From: a virus
Strand: one strand, 5' to 3'
Virus record (IMG/VR): IMGVR_UViG_3300046820_001062
Location: 32,001-96,000 of that record
Length of the DNA stretch: 64,000 bases
In this document: piece after piece, positions 38,287 through 47,701 of the stretch
How positions within the stretch are numbered: the stretch's first letter is position 1
Layout: the number at the start of each line of letters is the position of its first letter
Translations under genes and position numbers: made by a program
Notes under the pieces: generated by a model
Seen by the model: only the letters and a program-made list of their open reading frames with translations
What the model was told of the DNA's origin: nothing
Database searches by the model: none

Positions 38287-39849
38287 TTAACAAGTTACTT
38301 CACCTGCGCATGCCACAGCTCTATTTGTAGAAATTGCACCTAGACAATCATAAGTTTTATACTTAGGAGTACATGGATCAACTCCACATTTCACATATCT
38401 CTCCATTTCATAAATATGATCTACTGAAGAAACACCTGTTGCAAATGTTTTTGTAATTGATTCAGACACAGCAAGTGAACAATCTCCATCAACTGTATAA
38501 TTAATTACTGCTGTAAATGGAGCAAGTGAGTTTGCTACAGGATTTCCAGTAACAATATCTTTCAATGTAAGTGTAGTTTTTCTTCTCTTTGTTACATAAG
38601 AGTCACCATCACATACTGTTGTAATATCATCAAGTGATACATCAGTTACACTAACACAATAAAGTACAGTTGTCAAAGCTATTTTACCTACAATTGTTGC
38701 AACTGTTGAATCATCACAGCTATACTCTGCTACAATTTGTACTTGATAATCTTTTGCAGGATCAGGAACAACTGTTATATCATGGAAATTAGTTCCAAAA
38801 GGTTTTACAACATTTAAAATTGGTGAACCAACTGTTGATGAACCATTCCATTCATACACTTTAACAGTATATTGTAATGGAGCTTCTGATACAGTGCCTG
38901 TAGCTGGAGCTGACCAAGTTATTTTAGAACCTGAAGATGTTAGATTTGTAATCTGAATATTTGATACAGGAAGTGGTACACATGGTAAAGTAGTATTTGA
39001 ACTATTAACAATTGCAGCTCTCATATCACAAATTGTTAACCACATGTTTACTATAGTTTCTGACAAAGTAGTTGGATTTGCAACCCAACCTGGTATCAAT
39101 GACATTGATGCCGCAGGATTACTTAAAGGTTCTGCAGAATCTAAACTTGCACATTCTGTTCCAATTGCTGTTGATAGTGCAGCATTAGTTCCAAGTAATG
39201 TTGTCAATTGACAGAATTTACTTTCAAATGCTGAAAATGCAGTACCAATTGGCACAACAGTTCCTGGTGTTGATGAACTTGCACATTGAGATACAACAGA
39301 AATTGAAGCTCCTGTTCCACCTCCACCACCTGAATTTGCTTCAAGTGCTGCAACTCTTCCACCTAAGTTGTCAAGAGTTGAGTTAATGCTAGTTATATCA
39401 TCAATGATTTCACATATTTTAGATGCTAAATAAGCACTATATTCATTTGGCAATAATGCTGTAACTTCATCACCATCCTCTGTAAAATATAAACAAGCAG
39501 GTAATGAAATAGGTGTTGGTGTTGAACCACCTCCAGAACTTTCACCACAACAAGTAGAAGCAATTTGACATTGCTTATCTATCATTGCTTGTAAAGCTCC
39601 AAGAATTGTTGTAGGTTCTGCTACACCTGGAGCAAGAATACATTTAAAATCAAGTGTACTTAAATCAATAACACCTGAAGTTATTTCACACAACTTGGTT
39701 GCTAGATCAAAAATAACATCTGTAATTGTATCTCCTTTACAAAGATCAATACAAGGAATATCTGGACCTTGCCAAATAACACAAGAAGATGATGTTTTTG
39801 TACATCCATCTTCAGGTTTTAATTTTAAGTTGCTGTGTAATGGTTTCAT
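38287..39849 (-). CDS. Cys-rich fibre/spike protein with coiled-coil and FN3-like domain (520 aa)
   Basis: N-terminal CVIWQGPDIPC module, heptad segment (ITSINSTLDNLGGRVAALE), FN3-like PVSNIQITNLTSSGSKITWSAP...YQVQIVAEYSC. Confidence 0.6.
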   Translation of the reverse strand: MKPLHSNLKLKPEDGCTKTSSSCVIWQGPDIPCIDLCKGDTITDVIFDLATKLCEITSGVIDLSTLDFKCILAPGVAEPTTILGALQAMIDKQCQIASTCCGESSGGGSTPTPISLPACLYFTEDGDEVTALLPNEYSAYLASKICEIIDDITSINSTLDNLGGRVAALEANSGGGGGTGASISVVSQCASSSTPGTVVPIGTAFSAFESKFCQLTTLLGTNAALSTAIGTECASLDSAEPLSNPAASMSLIPGWVANPTTLSETIVNMWLTICDMRAAIVNSSNTTLPCVPLPVSNIQITNLTSSGSKITWSAPATGTVSEAPLQYTVKVYEWNGSSTVGSPILNVVKPFGTNFHDITVVPDPAKDYQVQIVAEYSCDDSTVATIVGKIALTTVLYCVSVTDVSLDDITTVCDGDSYVTKRRKTTLTLKDIVTGNPVANSLAPFTAVINYTVDGDCSLAVSESITKTFATGVSSVDHIYEMERYVKCGVDPCTPKYKTYDCLGAISTNRAVACAGEVTC

Positions 39850-40073
39850 TATATTGTCTTGATTTTTTCCTCAATACTAATTTTTGAACAACCTCCACCA
39901 AACGTTAAACCACAAGTATTCATTTCAAGAGTTCTTAAATAAAGTTCTCTCAAATCATTTGCATATTCAGCTTCTACAGTTGCTTTACAAGATTTTAAAC
40001 CATAACGCGTTTTCTTGTAAGAAACAAAAACTGAATCAGCAAATACTTCACTTATGCGTTCTATTGGGTCCAT
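39849..40073 (-). CDS. Small virion-module protein (74 aa)
   Basis: ORF tightly packed between neighbours, TAATG overlap with the downstream gene. Confidence 0.55.
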   Translation of the reverse strand: MDPIERISEVFADSVFVSYKKTRYGLKSCKATVEAEYANDLRELYLRTLEMNTCGLTFGGGCSKISIEEKIKTI

Positions 40074-40075
40074 GT

Positions 40076-40264
40076 TTATGTGTTGCTTGTTTTATTCATA
40101 TCTGTAGTCAAAGGATATTTATTCAATTGGCTAGCAGCGTGTTCTTTCAATTTAAGTTGATTCTCATAGTTTGCAGCACAAGTGCTACATACTTCTTTAC
40201 CATCAGATGCTACTCTCTTTTGACATCCACATGATAGTTTTGATCCACAATTTTGACAGTTCAT
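40076..40264 (-). CDS. Small Cys-rich protein (62 aa)
   Basis: CQNC-GSKLSCGC...CSTC pattern, in-operon position. Confidence 0.55.
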   Translation of the reverse strand: MNCQNCGSKLSCGCQKRVASDGKEVCSTCAANYENQLKLKEHAASQLNKYPLTTDMNKTSNT

Positions 40265-40291
40265 ATTATATTTGGTTTTAAATAGTTTGTC

Positions 40292-40900
40292 TTAGTGATG
40301 ATGACCATGAGATCCGTGTGTATAACCACCATGAGATCCATTGCAACTTACGCAGCAACCAGTCATGTATTTTTTTAGCAATTTGTCAGCATAAGCCAAC
40401 ATTTCAACACCTTGCTTTGGTGAGTGACAATATTCTGTCTTTGCTTTTGCAGCATCTATATACATCTTAATATAACGTAAATCATGTAATTTTTGATGTT
40501 GTTCTGCAGAAGGTTCACAAGGTTCTAATTGTACTTTACAAAGTTCCTTGTAGTATGCATTCATAATTGTTGTTGTTCTCAGATGATAGTATTCTACATA
40601 AACTTTATCATTTGGAGAAACACTATACTTGATAGTATAAAGTCCATCAGGCAAAGAAATCAAATGCTCTGCTTGAGGATGTTGTAGATGAAAATCTTTT
40701 GCATTCAAATTAAGTGCAAAACCTGGAGCAATCTTTGGTTCTGTAATATATAAAGGTTCTGCAAAACCAGGAAAGAATATATCTAACCTAGGGCAGTCCA
40801 CAGGTAACGTCTCAGCATAACTAGAACTATCCCATATTTTTAGGATAGTGTCACATGCTGTGTCTGGGATATCTAATGCCAGAATATGTTTTATTGCCAT
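40292..40900 (-). CDS. Virion structural protein, possible tail-fibre hub (202 aa), His-rich C-terminus
   Basis: First gene after an intergenic motif. Contains LPDGLYTIKYSVSPND. Ends CCVSC...HGGYTHGSHGHHH. Hub role is inferred from position only. Confidence 0.45.
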   Translation of the reverse strand: MAIKHILALDIPDTACDTILKIWDSSSYAETLPVDCPRLDIFFPGFAEPLYITEPKIAPGFALNLNAKDFHLQHPQAEHLISLPDGLYTIKYSVSPNDKVYVEYYHLRTTTIMNAYYKELCKVQLEPCEPSAEQHQKLHDLRYIKMYIDAAKAKTEYCHSPKQGVEMLAYADKLLKKYMTGCCVSCNGSHGGYTHGSHGHHH

Positions 40901-40962
40901 TGTTTGAGTTTATTATAAGAGAATCTCTACACTTAAAATTTACAAAAAATATCTAACAAAAA

Positions 40963-41003
40963 CAAAAAAAGGAGGGAAGAGTTGTCCCCTTCTCCTCCTT
41001 CTT
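40963..41003 (-). terminator. Intrinsic terminator after the 384-aa gene
   Basis: Minus-strand hairpin aaggaggagaag...cttccctcctt followed by ttttttgttttt. Confidence 0.65.
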
Positions 41004-41031
41004 TGCAATGTATGGAAAGCAAGATCAGTTA

Positions 41032-42186
41032 TTACAACTGAACTTGTAGTTGTACGTGGTTACCAGAACTCAACAACAACGCGTCAATGTATGATTCAAA
41101 AGCTGCATCGCGAGCGTCTACAACAATTTTAACCAAGTATTGATCAGCATCCATCATACCAGTTGGGTTGCTCTTGCGAGGAACACTGTGTAAAATGTGG
41201 TAAGTGTAGTACTTAGCAGAACGAGACAACTCAGTAAGAGTAGTGTCATCCAACACTTCACGCAAACGTACATCTTGAGTCCAAGGCTCTTGTTGGTATC
41301 TTTTAGCCAAGATCAACTCTCTAACTAAAGTTTCACCATAACCTTTTCCTTGGTAAGCAGCAGTTACTTCAGCAACGAAGAAACAAGACTCAGCACAAGG
41401 ATCACCTGTAGAATCAACAGCAGATGCGTAGATGTAAACTGGCTCAATTTCAAAATGATCTTTAGGATCAAAAGAGCAGTTACCAAACTTAGTGTCTACA
41501 TAAGCACCAGTCAATTTCAATTGTACCCATTTGTCACCCAAAGCAATTGTGTCCCAGTTAGCAGGCTTAGTAGTAGTAACTACAGGGCTAGCACCAGAAT
41601 TGTCAGTGTACAACAAAGAAGGAGCAATGAATTTACCTAAGATAGGATCAGCAGCAATTGCAGCAGCCCATGCTTCGTAAACAATAGCTGAATCAACCAA
41701 AGTTCCATCAACATCACCTTCGCAACATCCTGTGAAAGCATCAACAGTTTTGTAAGCGTTGTGAGTTAAGAAACGCAATGCAGCAGAACCTTTAACATCT
41801 ACACGTAGACGGTAAGTTGTGTTACATTTGATATCACAAGGAGCAGCAGCACCAACAGTGATAACGTGGTTTACAGCGTTAGCTGGTTCAGTTACGTAGA
41901 ATGCACTAACGTACTTAGGGTTGATACCTTTAGACTTTACAGTCTCTTTGTATCCACCATGGAAAGGACCAATCTTGTCATTAGCGTGGAAGCTACCTTG
42001 AGCAAGATAAATTAATGGTGTAGTAGCATAGGTAGGTGCAACAGTTAAGTCTTGGATCAAGTTGTCTTGTGCAGACACTACACCAATCTCACCAGCAACT
42101 AATGCTAATGTGTTTTGCCCGTCTTTAGTAGAGAAACCATCAGTTCCTACTAAGAGTTTTTGGAAGGCGTGTGGAAAGTAAGCCAT
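41032..42186 (-). CDS. Auxiliary capsid / structural protein (384 aa)
   Basis: Codon usage resembles the major capsid gene (more C-ending codons), consistent with high expression. Position downstream of MCP as for crAss-like auxiliary capsid proteins. Confidence 0.55.
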   Translation of the reverse strand: MAYFPHAFQKLLVGTDGFSTKDGQNTLALVAGEIGVVSAQDNLIQDLTVAPTYATTPLIYLAQGSFHANDKIGPFHGGYKETVKSKGINPKYVSAFYVTEPANAVNHVITVGAAAPCDIKCNTTYRLRVDVKGSAALRFLTHNAYKTVDAFTGCCEGDVDGTLVDSAIVYEAWAAAIAADPILGKFIAPSLLYTDNSGASPVVTTTKPANWDTIALGDKWVQLKLTGAYVDTKFGNCSFDPKDHFEIEPVYIYASAVDSTGDPCAESCFFVAEVTAAYQGKGYGETLVRELILAKRYQQEPWTQDVRLREVLDDTTLTELSRSAKYYTYHILHSVPRKSNPTGMMDADQYLVKIVVDARDAAFESYIDALLLSSGNHVQLQVQL

Positions 42187-42237
42187 AATGTTTAAAATAT
42201 TTAAGGTTAATAAAAATTAATTTTTGTTTTGTTTTCT

Positions 42238-42681
42238 TTATTTTAAGAAAAGCAGTTTATACTTAATAGAGTTGATAGTACTTTTAACGTTATCCAGGTC
42301 ATTGACAATCTCACTGTAAGGCATAATTGTTTGTAAACCAGATACCATTTCTTTCATCTCTCTTAAATAAGATACAGCTTCTTCTACAGAATTCAAAATT
42401 CTTGGTGCAGAATCTTCATAATTTAGCAATTTTTCTGATGCACCTTGGAATCCTTCAGCAACAGCATCTGCATGTCCAGGTAATGCATCATACAATTCAT
42501 TTAACGCTTTGTGTGATGAAAATGAACCTAAACCTGTAACTTTCAAGTGTAACTTATGAAAGCTTACAGAAGCGTTCATTAATTCAGTAACACATGCTGC
42601 AGTTTGAGCCTCACATGAAGATCCTGCAGGATATCCTGTAGTTGTTCTTTTTAAAGTTTTATATTGTCCAGCAAAATCCAT
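42238..42681 (-). CDS. Dps/ferritin-like four-helix protein (147 aa)
   Basis: FHKLHLKVTG.GSF..HKALNELYDAL..HADAVAEGFQG matches the Dps-like H...W/H...H..L.E.Y....D..AE pattern. Confidence 0.7.
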   Translation of the reverse strand: MDFAGQYKTLKRTTTGYPAGSSCEAQTAACVTELMNASVSFHKLHLKVTGLGSFSSHKALNELYDALPGHADAVAEGFQGASEKLLNYEDSAPRILNSVEEAVSYLREMKEMVSGLQTIMPYSEIVNDLDNVKSTINSIKYKLLFLK

Positions 42682-42683
42682 AC

Positions 42684-43382
42684 TTAGTTATTTAATGTTG
42701 CTTGTTGTTTTAATCTTGAGTATTGGTTGAATAATTCAATGTCTCCTGCTAAAATTGAACATGTTTCATCAATGATCATCTCAATAATGTCATCCTTCAA
42801 TTCACATTCAACATCAACATCTGCAGTACCAGTTGATGGGTTAATACAACCTAAGAAAGAAATATTTCTAGGTTTTCTGTAATAAACCAACTTAGGAGTG
42901 CTAAGATCAAATTCACCATTTGTGTAAATTCTAAACTTATCACTTTGCACTGTTGAGAATGTTTCACCCCACTCTGCACTAGGTTTTCTGAAATCATCTC
43001 CTAAAAGAGAATCAACGTCAGCAACTTGTGCTAAGTAAACAATTAAAGGTCTTTCAGGACAACACTCAGTTACAGCATTTACAGATATTCTTTTATAAAA
43101 CAAGTAATCTGTAGGAATAATAGCTGTTTCATAATACAAAGGAAACTTGGTAGCAGTAATGTTTTGCTCTACAATAAGTATCTGCAAATCATCAATATTC
43201 ATAATTGTTTGTTCACTACCTTCTCTACCTTGGTTATGACCATGAACTTGCCTACGTACCCATTCCAGCTGAGCCTTATTAAAAGCCTCAACAATCTGCC
43301 AACACTCAATGTTGTCATAGTCTTGAGAAGACAGTTTATTCAGTCTCTCTTTAACTTTGATTTGTAGTAGGTTATTGTTCAT
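42684..43382 (-). CDS. Ring / head-tail adaptor protein (232 aa)
   Basis: ERLNKLSSQDYDNI..WQIVEAFNKAQLEW and YYRKPRNI, typical of a conserved crAss-like ring protein encoded near the MCP. Confidence 0.65.
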   Translation of the reverse strand: MNNNLLQIKVKERLNKLSSQDYDNIECWQIVEAFNKAQLEWVRRQVHGHNQGREGSEQTIMNIDDLQILIVEQNITATKFPLYYETAIIPTDYLFYKRISVNAVTECCPERPLIVYLAQVADVDSLLGDDFRKPSAEWGETFSTVQSDKFRIYTNGEFDLSTPKLVYYRKPRNISFLGCINPSTGTADVDVECELKDDIIEMIIDETCSILAGDIELFNQYSRLKQQATLNN

Positions 43383-44398
43383 TAGTTATTCCAGTATTTT
43401 TCTACATTCTTAGTTATATCTACCAATGTCTCTTCATTCAATGGGTTCTTCAAATATTCTACAACATCAGAAGAGTTTTTACCCATCAAGCTACTGCTCT
43501 TCATGTGATAGATAAATCCATCAGCTCTAGTAGCAATAACTTTATAGAAATTAGCATCTTTAACAAGAGACCTCAATTTCAATGTTTCCATATCCATTGA
43601 ACACACATCAAGGAATCTTTCTGCAGTTTTACGTTTGTCTTTATCTACAGTTTCACCATTAATGTACTTATCCATGTTGTCATAAAGAATGTCAAGTGGT
43701 GTAGACTTTTTGTACTGCGTTGAGTTACCATCTACCACTTTACAAACGTAGAACAACTTGTTTGCGTTCTTATCAAATAGCTTTTGCAATTCAGCCAAGG
43801 CTTTGTTGCGTAATTTTTTAACTTCAGTTCTTACAGAAGCAGTTTCTTCATACTTGTCTAAGTAAAACTTAGGAGGTACAGGAGCTGTTCTTGCAACTTC
43901 TAGATTCTTTACAACAGCAGAAAAACCTCCAGCTTCAATAGCTTTTAGTTTAATCAAGTCATAAGGATCATTAGCAGGATCTAAATAGATTGGTTCATTA
44001 CCAAATCTCATAACAATCTTGCTCCAAAACTCATCATTGTCTGGTCTAAGTAATTTTACTTTGTTCCAGAATTGTTCATCAGCAGGATCAAGTACATTGG
44101 ATGCAAGTTCTTTTTCAAGTTGAGCAACAGTAATACGAATCTGTTTAATTGCTGCTTCTCTTTCATCCTCATCAAGTTGCTTGATTTCAGGAGCAAACTC
44201 ATTCAATCCTGTTACATACCTTTTGATGCCATTGTTTTCCAAACAAGCTAATTGTTCCTCGTGGAACACTCCCTCAAAAAGTACCATGTCATACTTTTCA
44301 AGTCCCATGTTTGAATTCCTTGTGTCAATGAACGGACGTACTGCTAAAGTACTTGACCTTTTAAAGGTCTGATGTTTTTCAATCATTGTTACTTCCAT
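43382..44398 (-). CDS. Conserved crAss-like protein downstream of MCP (338 aa)
   Basis: Long ORF in a conserved syntenic position. FW..(K/V)..(L/F) and LD...P.DLI.L..IEAGG motifs. Function not assignable. Confidence 0.55.
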   Translation of the reverse strand: MEVTMIEKHQTFKRSSTLAVRPFIDTRNSNMGLEKYDMVLFEGVFHEEQLACLENNGIKRYVTGLNEFAPEIKQLDEDEREAAIKQIRITVAQLEKELASNVLDPADEQFWNKVKLLRPDNDEFWSKIVMRFGNEPIYLDPANDPYDLIKLKAIEAGGFSAVVKNLEVARTAPVPPKFYLDKYEETASVRTEVKKLRNKALAELQKLFDKNANKLFYVCKVVDGNSTQYKKSTPLDILYDNMDKYINGETVDKDKRKTAERFLDVCSMDMETLKLRSLVKDANFYKVIATRADGFIYHMKSSSLMGKNSSDVVEYLKNPLNEETLVDITKNVEKYWNN

Positions 44399-44460
44399 AA
44401 TTTGTTTTTGTTGGTTAAATAATTTTCTTCTTTTTCTTTCTGTTTTTTAGCAACTTCTAG

Positions 44461-44604
44461 TTTAAAGCTCCTGAACCACGTCAAGGTAGTTGCTTCTCAG
44501 GAGAACCTGGGATAAACCCAGGCAAGTATTGTCAAGTGTTACCCTGACGTGAGGAGGTGGAGTCTTGTTTAAAGCAGTGACCTAGGGGCTATTACACCCC
44601 TAGG
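44461..44604 (-). ncRNA. Candidate structured cis-RNA (possible pseudoknot) downstream of the MCP stop
   Basis: 12-bp helix 44477-44488/44540-44551 (G-U only on the minus strand), 7-bp helix 44468-44474/44497-44503, hairpin 44506-44522, 8-bp hairpin 44581-44604. Confidence 0.5.
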
Positions 44605-44628
44605 TTTGCTTAGTGCCTTCAAGGATCC

Positions 44629-46278
44629 TTAGAATGATCCTCCAGTGATAGGATTTCTCATAACAATTTTGAGAACTTTAGTAGGGTCTTTAACCCAGAT
44701 AGAAGGCATAGTCTGAGTCATGAATACTCTATAACCATTGAAATTACCTGAAGATGCAAAACCTTGAGTTCTTCCCATGTAGTCCATAGTTCCATTTTGG
44801 TAGAACCATTTCATTTCACTATCCCACTTCAATTTCAACAAGTAAATGTTGTCATTGGTGTTGTCAGTGATATCAAACACGATGAAGTTATAAGAAGATA
44901 ATGGGAAACCATCAATGATAGGATTCTCAATATCATTAGTGTGTACGTTGTCAAAAGCAGGGTTCAACACAAACTTAACGTTAGCTAAGAAAGGAATAGT
45001 GTAGCTAGTGAAAGCAAATCCAAAATTCAAATCCATTGCGTTAGTACCAGAGATTGCGCCTAAACCAGCTTTGCTCATGTCAGCAAATAAAGAAGTACCA
45101 GAACCAGCAGTGCTGAAAGCTTCTTTCTTAATTGCCTCATTTACCATCTTCATACCAGCCATACCAGTTTGAACAATAATTTGGCGGTTAGGATCTGGTC
45201 CTTTGAAATCAACTTTACCATTGTAGAAGTTAAAGATTTCAGAACGGAACAACTCCAAGTTGAAGCTTGATTTGTTGTAGATTCTCTTGAAAGAGTTATC
45301 CAACTGTGCCCAAAGACCAGTAGACAATCTGATATCATCTGGACCATCTTGCTTAATGCGACCACCTTGTCCCCACATCAAGTAGGTTTCAATGTCATTA
45401 GCAATTTTGCTCAAGTGTGCAGATTCCATTTTGGTTACAAATGAACGAGTCAAAGTACCATTGTCATAAGCTTTCTTGATGTAGTCTTTACCCATCTTAG
45501 CTACCATTGCATCAATGTTAGTCAAAGAAGGATCTTTTGCGATGTTAGCGTCAAATGACTTCCAGATCTCAGTTACAGGAACTGTACCATCTGCATTCAT
45601 TCCACCTTTCATCATCATCTCTGCGCGAGAAGAAACTGAGTAGTGTACGTGAGCCTCAGCACCACCAACGTAGTTGTAGTACTCACGGAAACCTGCACTC
45701 AATTCACCAATGTCAGAGAAACGCTCACCATACTCACCACGAGCAGAACCTTTTCTGAAGAATTTAGTACCTGGTTTCAAGTATTTTTTGTCAAGAGCCT
45801 TAGTGTTGTCATTGTTCACTAATTGAACAGTGTACACAAAACCATCACCTGAAGGAAGAATATCTTCTGCAGTGATGTAAAGTTCAGCTCCTTTGTACTT
45901 GTCATAAGTGATGATATCACCATGTCCAAATACACGCTTGTTAATTTTGATTTTGAAGGTAGTACCATCTTGACCTAAAACAGCTACGCCTGGCTCAACA
46001 TCTTCTACAACGTAAGGAAGATCCTGTACGATAGGAGTTTGCCATTTGTACTCACCACGAGGGTTGTCTACAAGAATAGTGTTTTTACCACCAAAAGAAG
46101 CCATCTGATAAAGAGGCATTTCTACCTTTTGGGTCATTGCCCATAAGTCAACTGGACCCAAATCCATAGGGTCAGTACTCTTAAGCATGTTCACCAAATG
46201 GTAAGAATCTACGTGAGAACCAACTTTGTAGTTAGTGTCGCGTAAGAACAGTCCATTGTTTAATACGGGTGTACTCAT
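44629..46278 (-). CDS. Major capsid protein (crAss-like, HK97 fold expected; 549 aa)
   Basis: Terminase-portal-scaffold-MCP synteny. Contains IETYLMWGQGG, STGLWAQLD, NVKFVLNPAFDN and IWVKDPTK, as in crAss-like MCPs. Strong codon bias. Confidence 0.85.
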   Translation of the reverse strand: MSTPVLNNGLFLRDTNYKVGSHVDSYHLVNMLKSTDPMDLGPVDLWAMTQKVEMPLYQMASFGGKNTILVDNPRGEYKWQTPIVQDLPYVVEDVEPGVAVLGQDGTTFKIKINKRVFGHGDIITYDKYKGAELYITAEDILPSGDGFVYTVQLVNNDNTKALDKKYLKPGTKFFRKGSARGEYGERFSDIGELSAGFREYYNYVGGAEAHVHYSVSSRAEMMMKGGMNADGTVPVTEIWKSFDANIAKDPSLTNIDAMVAKMGKDYIKKAYDNGTLTRSFVTKMESAHLSKIANDIETYLMWGQGGRIKQDGPDDIRLSTGLWAQLDNSFKRIYNKSSFNLELFRSEIFNFYNGKVDFKGPDPNRQIIVQTGMAGMKMVNEAIKKEAFSTAGSGTSLFADMSKAGLGAISGTNAMDLNFGFAFTSYTIPFLANVKFVLNPAFDNVHTNDIENPIIDGFPLSSYNFIVFDITDNTNDNIYLLKLKWDSEMKWFYQNGTMDYMGRTQGFASSGNFNGYRVFMTQTMPSIWVKDPTKVLKIVMRNPITGGSF

Positions 46279-46318
46279 TGTGTTTAAAATTAAAGTTTAA
46301 AGTTATAAATTGTTTTTG

Positions 46319-47575
46319 TTATTGTCTTTTAAAAATATTAGCAGCCTGGCGAGGTATTCTTCTTGGTGCTGGTTTGTCATCTTCCTCATCTTTTACAGTT
46401 GATGCAATTTTACGTGCTTCTTCTGTTTTGAGTTTTCTAACAGTATCCTGCGTTACCTCATTCTTTGCTTGCTTTCTGATGTTTTCCTTATAATCATCAG
46501 GGTCAGATAGCAACCAAAGTGTCTCAGCAATCAAGTCATATCTTGGTGTCTTTCCAAACTGATGGTCTTCTAAAAGTTTACCAAGCAAGTTTGTAGGACG
46601 TCCAGTCATACTTTCATACTTAACTGTTGTTAATTCATCCCATAAGAACTTCTGACGTTTACTATCAATCTTTACACCATTTAATTCAGCAGGTTTCAAA
46701 GTGTTATATATGTTTTCCATATACTCTTCTTTTTTCTTTTGCTGCTCTGCGCGGAATTGTTCCTGCTGTGCAATTTTTGATTGAACTACTTCTTCTTGCA
46801 TTTGATCCAATTTTGGTTTGAACTGTTGGGCTTTTTTACCAATTGTTCCAGCTTCAACCCATTCTTGCAATTGATCTTCAATCAACTCATTGTCACCATT
46901 ACCAAAGTTTGTAGCTTGTAGGTATTGACGTGCAATGATTTCTTGATGCTCTTGATTAGTAGGATCTAATGATCTTACTTCTTCAGTTTGAGCTAATGCG
47001 CGAAATAATCCTTTTATGTCAGTGCCACCTTTTGCAACATATTCTGCTGCATATTGTAGTTCTGATGGAAGTGATTCAAAGAACTCTTTTGGAGTTTGCT
47101 CTCTTAGAGCTTTTTCTCTCTCATCAAAGTTTGCCTGGATCAAGTCCTTCCAATCTTTAATAGAGTATTCCTCCATTGATTTATCATCCTCAAATGGAAC
47201 TAACAAACCTTCCTCAATCAATTTTGAGAATGTTTCTACCATTCCACTCTTGTCAATTTTTTTGCGTCCTTGTTTTTTCTCAGGGTCATCTTGACCTTCT
47301 GTGTCTTCCAAGTCAGCATCTAATTCAGCAATTGCTTCATTAGTTTCAGCAGTCGTTACTGCTTTCTTTTTATTTGGATCTTCTGTACCATCATCATCTA
47401 AGAATGACATGTCTACAGGTTTTCCAGTTGAGAAAATTGTAGGCTTCTCTCCGCCTTGGTCATCATCATCAGATGTAACAATGCTCTCAGCTCCTGGCAT
47501 TGGTAGAAAGTCATCAATGCTTTCTATTGTTACATTACTAACAGATGTTTGTTGGTTGTTGTCTGTTGTACTCAT
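46319..47575 (-). CDS. Acidic scaffold-like protein between portal and MCP (418 aa)
   Basis: Highly acidic N-terminus and helical/coiled-coil C-terminus, in a conserved position. Confidence 0.65.
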   Translation of the reverse strand: MSTTDNNQQTSVSNVTIESIDDFLPMPGAESIVTSDDDDQGGEKPTIFSTGKPVDMSFLDDDGTEDPNKKKAVTTAETNEAIAELDADLEDTEGQDDPEKKQGRKKIDKSGMVETFSKLIEEGLLVPFEDDKSMEEYSIKDWKDLIQANFDEREKALREQTPKEFFESLPSELQYAAEYVAKGGTDIKGLFRALAQTEEVRSLDPTNQEHQEIIARQYLQATNFGNGDNELIEDQLQEWVEAGTIGKKAQQFKPKLDQMQEEVVQSKIAQQEQFRAEQQKKKEEYMENIYNTLKPAELNGVKIDSKRQKFLWDELTTVKYESMTGRPTNLLGKLLEDHQFGKTPRYDLIAETLWLLSDPDDYKENIRKQAKNEVTQDTVRKLKTEEARKIASTVKDEEDDKPAPRRIPRQAANIFKRQ

Positions 47576-47701
47576 ACTATTTTTTGTTTAGTTGGTATTA
47601 TTTCTAGTTCTTCTTCATATATAATCTACAAATAAACTTTGAAGATTTACACCCTCAAAGTGTATAGGCTACACATTTTTTGTATTATATAGCTATGACA
47701 G

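Noticed and set aside
44461-44604. Assignment as an HDV-like/theta or hammerhead ribozyme
   Set aside because: CCUCCUCACGUC resembles an HDV L3, but I could not build a proper P1/P1.1, and there is no CUGANGA/GAAA core. Kept only as an unclassified structure.
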